From positions 64,001 to 128,000 of the forward strand of contig OY970192.1 of NCBI GenBank assembly GCA_963708135.1: 64,000 nucleotides of DNA, given 5' to 3'. A program made the position numbers and the translations under genes. This DNA is from an uncultured Gemmatimonadales bacterium. GTDB lineage: Bacteria > Gemmatimonadota > Gemmatimonadetes > Longimicrobiales > RSA9. The notes under the pieces were generated by a model that ran no database searches, was not told the origin of the DNA, and was given only the letters and a program-made list of their open reading frames with translations. Below are positions 50,413 through 62,634 of the stretch, piece by piece (position 1 is the stretch's first letter; each line of letters begins with the position of its first letter).

Positions 50413-52575
50413 TTAGCGGGTGCCTTGCGTCTGGATCGCCTTCCCCTTCATCAGCGTGCGGTCGAAGAAGTCGCCGGTCTCCCGGAACACCTCCACCCAG
50501 GTGCGCCAGAGCAGCGAGTCGTGCACCTCGTCCGGCAGCACGGTGAGCTCGAAGGGCACGTGGTGGGCGCGCAGGAGATGCACCAGGTCGATGGTCTGCG
50601 CGAACGGCACGTTGCGGTCGTCGTCGGCCTGGATCAGCAGCACCGGAGAGGTCCACTTGTCGATGGAGGCGACCGGCGACGACTCGTAGGCGGTCTTCCT
50701 CGCCTGCTCCGAGGCTGTGGGGCCGCGTCCGCCCCGGCCGAAGAACGCGGTCCAGTCGTGCACGCCGGCGTAGTCCACGCCAGCCTTGAAGATGTCGGAG
50801 TTCCGGGCCAGCCCCATCGCCGTGAGGTACCCGCCGTACGAGCCGCCCCACAGGCCGATCCTGTTCGGATCGACGTAGGGCAGCGACTGCAGGTACTTGG
50901 CGCCCGCGACGACGTCCTGGTACTCGGATGCGCCCCGCGGTCCTGCGTCCGCCGGCTCGCGGAACTTCCGGCCATACATGATGCCCAGCCGGTAGTTGAC
51001 CGACAGCACCACGTAGCCCCGGCTGGCCAGGTACTGGTTGGCCGCGTACATGAAGTTGTACGCGTCCATGGGGTGGAATCCCAGGAGCATCTGCCTGGAG
51101 GGCCCCCCATGCGTGAAGATCAGCGCCGGCCCAGGCTTCGTACGCCCGCGCGGGACGAAGAGCTGGCCGTGGATCTCCAGTCCGTCCAGGCTCTTGAACA
51201 CCACCTGCTTCGGCGTCACGAGCTGCGCCGACGGATAGTCCGCCGGCAGCTCGCTCGCGGCGATCTCGTCCAGGCCGCTCCTGGTGATACGGTAGGGCAT
51301 GGCCGGCTTCGTGGCCGTCGAGCCCAGGCACAGCACGAAGCGCCCGTCACCGGTGACCACCGGCGTCCATTCGATGGACGCGCCGTGGGTCAGCGCCACC
51401 GGCTTGGCGCTTTCCACCCCCACCCGCCAAATGTGGCGGCGGTCAATGTCCCCCTCGTTCGAGGAGTACACCAGCTCCTTTCCATCGGGCGTCAGCGCGA
51501 CGCCCTGGAACGAGGAGTTGCCCGGGGTGAGGAGCAGCGGCTCACCGCCGTCGGCGGAGATGGAATAGATGTGCGCCCAGCCGTCCGCCTGCGACGCGAA
51601 CACAATGCGACCGCCGGCGGCGAACCGAAACGCATCCTCCTCCCAGCCGCCTCCCCCCGGGTAGGAGCCGTTCGCGTCCTGGGTGCTCTTCCAGACCAGC
51701 TTCCCTTTCCCGCTGGCCACGTCCCACACCCGGATCTCCCACGGCTGGGTGCCGCCGGCGAAGAAACCGCCGCCTCCACCCGTCAGTCGGATGAACGCCA
51801 GCTTCGATCCATCCGGCGACCAACGCGGTAGCCGGTCGCGATCCACGCCCGGGTCCGCGTAGCGCAGCGTCTGGCTGCCGAAATCGTAGATCCCGATCAA
51901 CGCGTGCGTGCCCCGGTTGCTCACGAACGCGATCTTCCTGCTGTCGGGCGACCACTGCGGCTGGGAGTTGCTCCCGCGGATGTAGGCGAGCTTCCGCGCC
52001 GGCTCCTTCCCCGACACCGGCGCGAGCCACAGGTCGTGCCCGCTGCTCCACACCGCGTACCGCCCGTCCGGAGAGATCTGGATGTCCTCGCAGCCCTCGA
52101 ACGGGCAGTTCATGGTCCCGAGGAGCCAGGGTTGACCACCCGATACCGCCGCTGCCCACACCTTTTGCTCGGGCCGCTTCACGTTGCTGGTCGGGTCGGC
52201 CACCTCGCCCTGGTCGTTCGTCTCGCTGCCGCGCGCGTACACGACGGTGTCGCCGCCCGGCGTCAGGCGCAGGCTGGAGATGGGCATGCCGTCGTCGCCG
52301 GTGTAGTGCGTGACCTGACGGCCCACGAAGTCGGGCCCCTCGGCCACCCACACGTTGCGGGCTCCGCGGACGTCGAAGACCCAGGCGATCCGGTCGCCGT
52401 GAGTGGCCGCTGTCAGGCCGTAGGGATACGGGTAGCTCAACGCCTGTTCGAGGCTGAACCCCTGTGTCTGCCCCTGTGCCCGCTGCGGCGGCGCGGCCAA
52501 CGCAAGTGCGCACAGGAGCGCGCCGTAGATCACCTCGCTCGACCCTGCAACCGGGGCTCTGCCCGTCCGTTTCAT
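50413..52575 (-). CDS. S9 prolyl oligopeptidase / dipeptidyl-peptidase family
   Basis: PD40-like WSPD repeats, HGGP, GLWGGSYGG, DDRNV, DEVH. Confidence 0.93.
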   Translation of the reverse strand: MKRTGRAPVAGSSEVIYGALLCALALAAPPQRAQGQTQGFSLEQALSYPYPYGLTAATHGDRIAWVFDVRGARNVWVAEGPDFVGRQVTHYTGDDGMPISSLRLTPGGDTVVYARGSETNDQGEVADPTSNVKRPEQKVWAAAVSGGQPWLLGTMNCPFEGCEDIQISPDGRYAVWSSGHDLWLAPVSGKEPARKLAYIRGSNSQPQWSPDSRKIAFVSNRGTHALIGIYDFGSQTLRYADPGVDRDRLPRWSPDGSKLAFIRLTGGGGGFFAGGTQPWEIRVWDVASGKGKLVWKSTQDANGSYPGGGGWEEDAFRFAAGGRIVFASQADGWAHIYSISADGGEPLLLTPGNSSFQGVALTPDGKELVYSSNEGDIDRRHIWRVGVESAKPVALTHGASIEWTPVVTGDGRFVLCLGSTATKPAMPYRITRSGLDEIAASELPADYPSAQLVTPKQVVFKSLDGLEIHGQLFVPRGRTKPGPALIFTHGGPSRQMLLGFHPMDAYNFMYAANQYLASRGYVVLSVNYRLGIMYGRKFREPADAGPRGASEYQDVVAGAKYLQSLPYVDPNRIGLWGGSYGGYLTAMGLARNSDIFKAGVDYAGVHDWTAFFGRGGRGPTASEQARKTAYESSPVASIDKWTSPVLLIQADDDRNVPFAQTIDLVHLLRAHHVPFELTVLPDEVHDSLLWRTWVEVFRETGDFFDRTLMKGKAIQTQGTR

Positions 52576-52713
52576 CGAGATCCCTCCGTGTGACCCACAG
52601 GAAGCGCAACCGCCCGTGTTCGCCCGGCGAGCACGGTAGACTGCGGATCAATGAGTGGCAAGCCGGGCGGTCGATCCGGCCTGCACGCTGCTCGTGGCGG
52701 CGACGTTCCCGGT

Positions 52714-54888
52714 CTAGCTCCAGCTGAGGTCCGTGTTCCGCAGCGGCAGCTCACGGACCCGCTTGCCCGTGGCCTGGAAGATGGCGCCGCAGAGCGCGGG
52801 CGGGGCGGGCGGCAGCGCCGGCTCCCCCATGCCGGTGGGGGGGAAGTCGGTGAGGCTGAAGTGTACCTCGACGGCGGCGGGCGTCTGCGCGAGCCGGAGC
52901 AGGGGGAAGCCGCCGAAGTTGCCCTGGACGACGCGGCCGCTCTCGATGGTGATCTCCTGGCCGAGCGCCTCGGCAAGGCCGTCGAGGACGGCACCCTGCA
53001 CGTTGTTCTCGGCGTTCAGCGGGTTCACGATCTGGCTGCCGACGTCTCCGGCGACCCAGACCCTGTCCACCTTCACCTTCCCGGCGCGGCTGACGGTGGC
53101 CTGCACGACTTCGGCGAAGTGGCCGCGGTGGCTGAAGTGAAACGCCACGCCCATGCCGGTGCCGCGGGGCAGCCTCGAGCGATTCTTCCACCCGGACTTC
53201 TGGGCCACGAGCTCGAGCACGCCACGCATGCGGGCCGGGTCCAACGCGGCGCCCTCCATGGCGCCGGCGAGCAGGTCGAGGCGGAACTCCAGCGGGTCGC
53301 GGCCGGCGGCGTGGGCCAGCTCGTCAATGAAGCTCTGCATGGCGAACGCGAGCCCGTTGCTGCCTGGGGCGCGCAGCGCGCCGGTCGGCACGCCGAGCGG
53401 GATCAGCGAGGCGCCGAGCTCGAAGTTCGGGACGAAGCGTGCGGGGAACTCGGTGTCGCCGATGCCGGCGCTCGATGCGAACTTGCCGTTCTCGCCGAAG
53501 GAGACGAAGTGATTGCGCCACGCCACGAGCTTCCCGCGCGCGTCCACCCCGCCCGAGAGGTAGTGGTAGCCGGCGGGCCGGTAGAAGTCGTGGCGCATGT
53601 CGTCCTCGCGCGTCCACAGCAGCTTGATCGGGACGCCGGGGACCCGGCGGGCGATCCAGGCGGCCTCGACCGCGTAGTCCGCCTGCAAGCGCCGGCCGAA
53701 GCCGCCGCCCATGCGCATCATGTGCACCGTGATGGCGGTCTGCGGGATGCCCAGCGTCTCGGCGACCATCGCACGTGCGCGCTCCGGCGTCTGCGAGGGC
53801 GCCCAGATCTCGCATCGGCCGTTCTCGAAGCGAGCCGTGCAGTTCTGCGGCTCGAGCGGAGCGTGCGCGATGAACGGGTAGCGGTAGGTGGCCGTGACGG
53901 TCTTCGCGGCGGACCTCATGGCCGCGGCGACGTCGCCGTCGGAGCGGAGCGAGCGCTGGGGCGCAGCCTTCGACAGCTCGTCGGCGCGGGAGCGGAACGC
54001 CGCGGTGCCCTGCTGCGCGGTCGCGCCCTCGTCCCAGGCGACGTCGAGCTTCGTGCGCGCCGTGCTGACGGCCCACCAGCTGTCGGCCACGATGGCGACG
54101 CCGCCGAGCAGTCCCGCCAGCCCCTCGCGGCCCTCGACGACGGAGGCGTGCTTCACACCGGGCAGCGCGCGCACCTCGTCGAGGTTCGCGCTCCGCACCT
54201 TGCCGCCGAAGACCGGGCACTTCTCGAACTGGGCGTAGAGCATTCCCGGAAGCTCGAGGTCGATGCCGAAGAGCGGCTTGCCGGTGACGATGGCATGGTT
54301 GTCGACGCCGCGGATGGGCGTGCCAATGATGCGGAATTCCTTCGGGTCCTTGAGCCGCACCGTCTCGAGGTCGGGGACCGGCAGCTTCGCCGCGTCGGCG
54401 AGCAGGCTGCCGTAGGCGAGGGTACGGCCCGTGGCGGGGTGGCGGACCACGCCCGGCCGCGTGTCGAGCTCCGTGGCCGGCACGCCCCAGCGCCGGGCCG
54501 CGGCGGCCAGGAGCATGGCGCGCCCCGCAGCGCCGACCCGGCGCATCGGCGTCCAGTTGGTGGGCGTCGCGGTCGAGCCGCCGGCGAACTGCCGCTCGTA
54601 CTTCTCCGTGTCGAGGTCGGCCTGCTCGACGCGCACCTTCTCCCAGGGCACGTCGAGCTCATCGGCGATGATCATCGGGAGCATGGTCTTCACGCCCTGC
54701 CCGAGCTCCGGGTTCTTGGCGATGATGGTCGCCGTGCCATCGGGCGCGAGGCGGATGAAGGCGTTCGGGACGAAGTCCGCCGAACCTTCGGCGGCGAGGT
54801 CGTCGCCGGCCAGGAAATCGAACCGGCCGGCGAGGAGCAGCCCGCCGCCCACGGTGGCGGAGACGCGCAGGAACTGTCGGCGTTCCAT
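52714..54888 (-). CDS. Molybdopterin-binding subunit, isoquinoline 1-oxidoreductase beta (IorB)-like
   Basis: Tat signal [35 protein letters not shown]. Confidence 0.92.
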   Translation of the reverse strand: MERRQFLRVSATVGGGLLLAGRFDFLAGDDLAAEGSADFVPNAFIRLAPDGTATIIAKNPELGQGVKTMLPMIIADELDVPWEKVRVEQADLDTEKYERQFAGGSTATPTNWTPMRRVGAAGRAMLLAAAARRWGVPATELDTRPGVVRHPATGRTLAYGSLLADAAKLPVPDLETVRLKDPKEFRIIGTPIRGVDNHAIVTGKPLFGIDLELPGMLYAQFEKCPVFGGKVRSANLDEVRALPGVKHASVVEGREGLAGLLGGVAIVADSWWAVSTARTKLDVAWDEGATAQQGTAAFRSRADELSKAAPQRSLRSDGDVAAAMRSAAKTVTATYRYPFIAHAPLEPQNCTARFENGRCEIWAPSQTPERARAMVAETLGIPQTAITVHMMRMGGGFGRRLQADYAVEAAWIARRVPGVPIKLLWTREDDMRHDFYRPAGYHYLSGGVDARGKLVAWRNHFVSFGENGKFASSAGIGDTEFPARFVPNFELGASLIPLGVPTGALRAPGSNGLAFAMQSFIDELAHAAGRDPLEFRLDLLAGAMEGAALDPARMRGVLELVAQKSGWKNRSRLPRGTGMGVAFHFSHRGHFAEVVQATVSRAGKVKVDRVWVAGDVGSQIVNPLNAENNVQGAVLDGLAEALGQEITIESGRVVQGNFGGFPLLRLAQTPAAVEVHFSLTDFPPTGMGEPALPPAPPALCGAIFQATGKRVRELPLRNTDLSWS

Positions 54889-54898
54889 ATCGGCCTCC

Positions 54899-55390
54899 TC
54901 AGCGGTTGGAGCGGCCGGGAGCGGCCGCTTCGACGGAGGTGGCGCCCGCGGCGCGATGGATCGCGCGACGGATGCGCAGGTAGGTCGCGCAGCGGCAGAG
55001 ATTGCCGTTCATGGCGGCGTCGATCTGCGCGTCGGTCGGGCTGGGGTGGCGCTCCAGCAGCGCGGCGGCGGACATGATCTGGCCGGCCTGGCAGTAGCCG
55101 CACTGCGGCACGTCGAGCTCCTCCCAGGCGCGCTGGAGCGGGTGCGACCCGTCGGGCGAGAGCCCCTCGATGGTCACGATCTCCGCGCCTTCGACGGCCG
55201 AGGCGGGGATCTGGCACGAGCGGACGGGCGCGCCGTTCACGTGCACCGTGCAGGCGCCGCACTGCGCCACGCCGCAGCCGTACTTCGTGCCCTTCAGGTC
55301 GAGCGCACCCCTCAGCACCCACAGAAGCGGCATGTCGGGCGCGACGTCGAGCGTCGCGGCCCTGCCGTTCACGGTGAAGGAAACCGTCAT
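54899..55390 (-). CDS. (2Fe-2S)-binding subunit, IorA-like
   Basis: [23 protein letters not shown]. Confidence 0.95.
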   Translation of the reverse strand: MTVSFTVNGRAATLDVAPDMPLLWVLRGALDLKGTKYGCGVAQCGACTVHVNGAPVRSCQIPASAVEGAEIVTIEGLSPDGSHPLQRAWEELDVPQCGYCQAGQIMSAAALLERHPSPTDAQIDAAMNGNLCRCATYLRIRRAIHRAAGATSVEAAAPGRSNR

Positions 55391-55621
55391 CGTGCACCTC
55401 CGGGATGAGACCGGCATCGGTGAACTGGCGGTGCTGCCGCCAGGCCATGTCAGTTATATGGGGCGGGTGCCGCCGTGCGGCAAGCGCAGGAGGATGCAGG
55501 ATGCAGTATCCGCGAGTTCGGGATGCGGGGCGCGAGCCGCTCCTGGCGCGGCGGGGCGCCGTGCAGGACGCCCGGCCGTCCCGAAGGATCATGGCGGGCC
55601 AACCGGGGTGTAGCATCTTTC

Positions 55622-57145
55622 ATGGACGCTCATCTGCCACCGCTGCTCGGGCGCTGCCTGGTCAGGCCGGCCGGCGGGCTGCTGCTCTCGGTCCTGGCGG
55701 CGTGCGCCGGGAGGTCCGCTCCGGGTGCACCCGGGCCCGCCGCGGATCGCTGTGACCTGGCCGTTCCGGGGCAGGGCCCCCGGGCGGCGGCCATCTCTCC
55801 GGTCGCCGCGGCGGGCAGGGCGGGCGGCACCGCTGAAGGGCCGCATCGGCGCGACGTGGGCCAGCCGGGCCTGGTGGTGGCGCTGTCCGGCGCGGTCGAG
55901 CCCGGCGACGCGCCGGTGGCGCGGAACGAGGCCGAGCGGCTGGTCTTCGGGCAGCTGTACGAGACCCTGGTGCGGGTCGACTGCCGCGGCGAGGCGCGGC
56001 CGCTTCTCGCCGCCTCGTGGGACACGGCCGGAGCCGGGCGGCGCTGGACCTTTCATCTTCGGCCCGCTGCGCGGGACTGGGACGGTGCCCTCGTCGGGGC
56101 GGCGGAGGTCGTGCGGAGCTGGCTGCTCGGGCCGGGTGCGGCGGATGTGGGAGCTCTCACCGTGGTGGACGACAGCACGCTCCTGGTGGAGCTTCCCCAT
56201 CAGGTGGGAGCGGCCTTCTTCGCTCGGCCGGAGCTGGCCGTCGCACTTCCGGGCAGCCCGGGCGCCTGGCCGGCCGGGACCGGCCCCTACCGTCCAGACT
56301 CCACGCTCGCGGTGCCGGGCAGGCTGGTCCTGGTGCCCGCGGCCGGCGGCGGGCCTGTCGAGATCCGCACGATGACCGGCGATCCGCGGAACGCCCTGGA
56401 CAGTGGAGTGGACCTCCTGGTCACCAGGGACCCGGCGGCGCTGGACTACGCCGCCGCGTCGGGGAGCTACGGCCAGGTGCCGCTGTCCTGGGACCGCGTC
56501 TACCTGCTCGCGGTGCCGGCAGGGCCGGGCGAGCGCGGCGTTGGCGCGCCCCCGCCCGCGGAGCTACGGGCGCTGGCGCGCGATGCCGTTCGCGTCGAGG
56601 CGCGGGCCGCCGAGGCGACGTCGGCCGGGCTGGCCACATGCGCGGCCGGCGCGACCCCGAACGCGATCGGGGATCCGGCCGCCCCGCCTGGGGATCGGCT
56701 CGTCGGCGGGGACGCGCTCGCCGAGGCTTCCCGTTCCCCGCGCGTCATCTACCCGGAGCGGGATGCCGCCGCCGCCGGGCTGGCCCAGCGCGTAGTGGCG
56801 CTGGCGCGCGCCGGAGGCAGCTCAGCGTGGCTCGTTCCCCTGCCCACCGCAGGCGGCGCCGGCATCAGCGCCCACGGGCTTTCCGATCCGGTCTTCGCGC
56901 AGGCCCTCCGCACGGGCGATGCGGCGGTCTTCATCTTCCCCGTGGCCAGGACGGTGGACGGCGGGGCGTGCGAGCTGCTCGCGCGGGCGCGTCGCCGGGC
57001 GTCGTGGCTGCGGCCGTCGGAGCTGGTGCCCCTGGTGGAAACGCGGCCTACCGCCGTCGTGCGCGCGGGCGTATCCGGCATCCGGGTGGATGGCACCGGC
57101 ACGCTCCTGCTCGGCGCAGCCCGGGCGGCGGGGAGGCGGCGGTGA
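55622..57145 (+). CDS. Lipoprotein with a divergent family-5 solute-binding-protein N-terminal domain
   Basis: LAAC lipobox; QLYETLVRVD..G...PLLA.SW, WTFHLR, VVDDSTL.V.L, GTGPY. Confidence 0.75.
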   Translation: MDAHLPPLLGRCLVRPAGGLLLSVLAACAGRSAPGAPGPAADRCDLAVPGQGPRAAAISPVAAAGRAGGTAEGPHRRDVGQPGLVVALSGAVEPGDAPVARNEAERLVFGQLYETLVRVDCRGEARPLLAASWDTAGAGRRWTFHLRPAARDWDGALVGAAEVVRSWLLGPGAADVGALTVVDDSTLLVELPHQVGAAFFARPELAVALPGSPGAWPAGTGPYRPDSTLAVPGRLVLVPAAGGGPVEIRTMTGDPRNALDSGVDLLVTRDPAALDYAAASGSYGQVPLSWDRVYLLAVPAGPGERGVGAPPPAELRALARDAVRVEARAAEATSAGLATCAAGATPNAIGDPAAPPGDRLVGGDALAEASRSPRVIYPERDAAAAGLAQRVVALARAGGSSAWLVPLPTAGGAGISAHGLSDPVFAQALRTGDAAVFIFPVARTVDGGACELLARARRRASWLRPSELVPLVETRPTAVVRAGVSGIRVDGTGTLLLGAARAAGRRR

Positions 57146-58904
57146 GCTTCCGCACGCGAATCCTGGTCGCGGGACTCCTCCTGGCGGTGGGCCCGCTGGC
57201 GTTCTTCGGCCTGCGCGCGCGGCGCGAGGTGGCAACGCGGCTCCGGGCGCTGGACGAGCGGCGGGTGTCCGGGCTGGCGGCGGTCATCCAGGAGGAGCTC
57301 GGGCGACAGTCGGACGCCATCGGGACGCGGCTGGACCGGCTGGCCGAGGCCATGGCGGACGACAACCGCCTGCGCCTGGCCGTGCGGGGCGACGCCCCGG
57401 ATCGCGGCTATCTGCTGGACTACGCCGCCCACGCCATGCGCCTCTCCGGGCTCGATCTGCTGCGCGTCGAGGCCGAGGACGGGCGGATCCTCAGCTCCGG
57501 CCAGTTCCGCAACGAGTACGACACCGTGGACCCCGAGCTTCCGGAGGCCCTGCGCAAGGCCAGCCAGGCGGCCGCACTCGTCTCCATGCCGACCGCGTCC
57601 GGCTCCATGCTCGCGCTGGCCCGTACCCGGGTGGTGCACCTGGGCGTCCGCCGCCTCACCCTGGTCGGCGGCACGCGCGTGGACCGCGCCTTCCTCGATC
57701 GCCTGGGCCGGGGGACCGGCCTGGACGTGCGTCTGCTGGACGCGCCCGGCGTGGCCGCCCGCCCCGGGGACACGGCTGCCGCTCGGGCCGGCATGGGCGC
57801 TTCTCGCGCCGGCGGCCCTGGCGGCTACGTGCTCGCGGTGCCCGTCCCGGCCGTGGGCGACGCGGATGGCGCGGACGGCGTCGCCCGCATCGAGGTGCGC
57901 GCGTCCACGGCGCCGCTCGCGGCGGTGCTGCGCGGCCTCGACCGCTGGCTGATGGCGACGCTGGCCGCCGCGGCGGCGCTGGCGCTTTTGCTGGCGCTCC
58001 TCGCCTCCGCCCGGCTGAGCGGGCCGGTGGCCGCGCTCGCGGACAAGGCCGAGCGGCTGGACCTGGATCGGCTCGACGTGCCGTTCGCGACGGACCGAGA
58101 CGACGAGATCGGCACGCTCTCGCGCGTGCTGGACCGCATGGCCGCGCGGCTGCGCGCGGGCGCGGGCCGGCTGCGTGAGGCGGAGCGCCGCGCCACGATC
58201 GGCGAGGTGGCGCGGCAGGTCAACCACGACGTGCGCAACGGCCTCATTCCGATCCGGAACGTGGTGGGCCACCTGGCGCAGTTGGCGCGTGAGCGGCCGG
58301 ACGAGCTGGCGGCGGTGTTCCGCGAGCGGCAGGAGACCCTCGAATCCAGCATCGGCTACCTGCAGGCGCTGGCCGCCAACTACGCCCGGCTGTCGCCTCG
58401 CGCGGAGCGGCGCCCGTGCGACCTCAACGGGATCGTCCGCGAGGTGGCGCGGGAGACGCGGCCGGAGCGGGAGTCGGCAGGGCCACGCGCCGTCGCCCTC
58501 GACCTTCAGCCCGGACTTGCGCCGGTGCAGGCCGACCCGGTGGCCCTGCGGCGCATCGTCGAGAACCTGGTGGTGAACGCGCTGGAGAGCCTGGAGGACG
58601 GCAACGCCCGGGTGAGGGTGTCCACGCGCGCGGTCGGCGATACCCTGGTGCTGGACGTGGCGGACACCGGGCGGGGGATCGAGGCGGTGGAGCGGGCGCG
58701 CATCTTCGACGACTTCTACACGACCAAGCCGCAGGGCACGGGCCTCGGGCTCTCGATCGTGCGGCGGCTGGTCAACGATCTGGGTGGCCGCATCGGCCTC
58801 GAGAGCACGCCGGGCGTCGGCACGCGCTTCACGGTCGAGTTGCCGCGCGCGCCGGGAGCGGAGCGGGTGGCCGGGCCGGCGGGCCGCAGCGGGGAGGTGA
58901 AGAC

Positions 58905-58908
<4 letters not shown>
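57142..58908 (+). CDS. HAMP-domain sensor histidine kinase (NtrY-like)
   Basis: Two TM segments, HAMP (DEIGTL), H-box QVNHDVRN, N-box NLVVNA, DTGRGI, FYTTK, GTGLGL; GTGA coupling. Confidence 0.92.
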
Positions 58909-60287
<1,379 letters not shown>

Positions 60288-60349
60288 GTGAGGCTGGTGC
60301 CTGCCGGCAGGTCGGCCGTGAGAGCCTCCTTCGCGTCAACCAGGACCGT

Positions 60350-60398
60350 GTGTCCCTTCGGACACGGTCGCCCTGTTCCGGCGTGTCCGTCCGGATAC
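60350..60398. promoter_or_regulatory. Tandem palindromic sites GTGTCC-N4-GGAYAC (candidate activator binding sites)
   Basis: GTGTCC-CTTC-GGACAC at 60350-60365 and GTGTCC-GTCC-GGATAC at 60383-60398, 33 bp apart. Confidence 0.65.
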
Positions 60399-60565
60399 GA
60401 TCCTTGCTCGAATGGCGCTGTCGTCATCGCTGTAAGTCCTTGCTGCACAGTGCATTAGGGACAATCGCCACAGCGCTCGCCCCCTCGGCCGCGCGCTTGC
60501 CCTTCCTCCCCGTCGAAGCGAACGACCCGCGCCGGGCAAGCGGCGCACGACAAGAGGAGGACATC

Positions 60566-61597
60566 ATGATGCGGATCCGAGGCGGAACGGGGGCACTCGC
60601 GGCGGGGCTGACGGTCGCGGTGCTGGTGGGGTGCGGCGACGGGGCGGTGAAGTCGCGCGAGACGAGGACGGCGAAGGCCGCGCCCGAGAAGGTCGGTGCG
60701 GTGGCCATGGCCTCGGCGGCGGACCCGGCGCCGGCCGGTGGGGTGAGGGGAGCGCGGGCGGCCAGCGCCGCGACGTCGCCGTCGAACGTGACGTACGGCG
60801 ACGCCGAGCGGGTGTACCGGGCCGGGCGGTACGGTGAGGCGGCGGACCTGTTCGAGGGGTACGCGGCGCGGCGGCCGGGCAACCCGTGGGGGACCTACAT
60901 GCTCGGGATTTCGGCGTGGAAGGCCGGGGATCACGCGCGGGCGGAGGCCGCGCTGCGGCGTACGCTGCAGGTGGCCCCGGATCACGAGAAGGCGCTCCTG
61001 AACCTTGCCCGGGTGCTGCTGGAGGAGGGCAGGGCGTCGGACGCGCTGGATCCGGCCGAGCAGGTCGTGGGGCTGGACTCGACATCGGGCGAGGCGTGGC
61101 GGGTGCTCGGCAACGCGCGGTCGGATCTGGGAATGGTCGAGGAGGCGGTCTCGGCTTATCGGCGGGCACTGGTCCTCGACCACCGGGACGCCTGGACGAT
61201 GAACAACCTGGGGCTGCTCATGATCCGCGAGGGCCGCTACGAGGAGGCGCTACCTCCGCTGGCGCGTGCGACGGAGCTGCGCCCCGAGCAGGCGGTGTTT
61301 CAGAACAATCTGGGCGTGGCGCTGGAGCGCAGCGGGCACACGGACCAGGCCGCCGTCGCCTTCCAGGCGGCGCTGGACGCGAAGCCGGGCTACGAGAACG
61401 CCCGCGTGAGCCTGGAGCGGGCGCAGGCCCGGCAAGGAGCCGTCCCCGCTCCGCTGGACCTCACGACGCTTGCCGGGTCGTTTGCCGATGAGGTGAGCGG
61501 GTGGCGAGAGGAGCAGGAGGCCAGGGCGGCGCGGCCCGACACGGCGGCGCCGGACGAGACCAGCAAGGCGCCCGCGCCGGTGTCGCCCCACCATTGA
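60566..61597 (+). CDS. Tetratricopeptide-repeat lipoprotein
   Basis: GAGGAGG RBS; LVGC lipobox; about six TPR motifs (ALLNLARV, AWRVLGNA, TMNNLGL, FQNNLGVAL). Confidence 0.9.
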   Translation: MMRIRGGTGALAAGLTVAVLVGCGDGAVKSRETRTAKAAPEKVGAVAMASAADPAPAGGVRGARAASAATSPSNVTYGDAERVYRAGRYGEAADLFEGYAARRPGNPWGTYMLGISAWKAGDHARAEAALRRTLQVAPDHEKALLNLARVLLEEGRASDALDPAEQVVGLDSTSGEAWRVLGNARSDLGMVEEAVSAYRRALVLDHRDAWTMNNLGLLMIREGRYEEALPPLARATELRPEQAVFQNNLGVALERSGHTDQAAVAFQAALDAKPGYENARVSLERAQARQGAVPAPLDLTTLAGSFADEVSGWREEQEARAARPDTAAPDETSKAPAPVSPHH

Positions 61598-61611
61598 AAG
61601 AAGCGCTCGGG

Positions 61612-61637
61612 CGGGCGGGCACTTCCGTGCCCGCCCG
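61612..61637. terminator. Hairpin between convergent TPR and SDR genes
   Basis: CGGGCGGGCAC-TTCC-GTGCCCGCCCG. Confidence 0.55.
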
Positions 61638-61719
61638 GCCCCCTCCCGGAACTTCAGACCGAGCTTTCCTGCCGTGACGGACATGGTGCCGGTGGCGCCG
61701 CGCATGGTGACCCCGGCGT

Positions 61720-62514
61720 TCAGCCGCCGTGCATGAAGGAGGGGAAGTCGGTCATGCCGCCATCCACGAACACGGTGGTGCCGGTCACGTAGGCGGCGGC
61801 ATCGGAGAGCAGGACGACGGCCATGCGGGCCACGTCCTCGACCTCGCCGATGCGGCCGAGGGGGATCTTGGTGAGGAGGTCGGCCATCCCCTCACGGTCG
61901 CTCCAGACGGCCTGGTTGATCGGGGTGCGGATGGCGCCGGGGGCGAGGGCGAGGACGCGCACGCCGTGGGGCGCGCCCTCCTGCGCGAGGGTGCGGGTGA
62001 GCATCGAGAGGCCGGCCTTGGCGGCCGTATAGGCGCTGTAGCCGGACCAGGCGATGCGCTCGTGCACGGAGGTGATGCTCAGAATGACGCCGGCGCGGGC
62101 GGGGACCATGCGGCGGAGCGCCTCCCGGGCGCAGTAGAAGGCGCCGAAGAGGTCCACGCGGAGCACCTTCTCCCAGGCGGCGGGATCGGCCTCCCACGCG
62201 AGCTGGTGCGGCCCGTCGATGCCGGCGTTGTTGACGAGCAGGTCGATCCCGCCCCAGGCGCGGTCCAGCGTCTCGAACATCGAGGCGACGGCGGCGACGT
62301 CCGATACATCCGCCTCGATCGCCATCGCCTCCGCGCCGGCGGCCTCCAGCTCGGCGACGGCCGCCCGCGCGACGTCGGCGCCGCCGAGATGGTTCACCGC
62401 GACGCGGGCTCCCGCGGCCGCGGCCGCGGCCGCGATGCCGCCGCCGATCCCGGAACTGCCGCCGGTGACGAGGAGCCGCTTGCCGGCTAGTGTCGCTTCG
62501 GTCTTGCGCTGCAT
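61720..62514 (-). CDS. SDR oxidoreductase (glucose 1-dehydrogenase-like)
   Basis: TGGSSGIG, NNAG, SVHE, YTAAK, PGAIRTPIN. Confidence 0.92.
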   Translation of the reverse strand: MQRKTEATLAGKRLLVTGGSSGIGGGIAAAAAAAGARVAVNHLGGADVARAAVAELEAAGAEAMAIEADVSDVAAVASMFETLDRAWGGIDLLVNNAGIDGPHQLAWEADPAAWEKVLRVDLFGAFYCAREALRRMVPARAGVILSITSVHERIAWSGYSAYTAAKAGLSMLTRTLAQEGAPHGVRVLALAPGAIRTPINQAVWSDREGMADLLTKIPLGRIGEVEDVARMAVVLLSDAAAYVTGTTVFVDGGMTDFPSFMHGG

Positions 62515-62634
62515 TTCGGACCCCCTAATGATGAACCGTCCCCAAACATGGGGAGCGCGGGCGCGTCGCGCAGCCCGCACCCTGTCCCCCAGTACGGCGC
62601 CGTCCGGGAGCGGACGGCGCGGAAGGAGGCTCAC

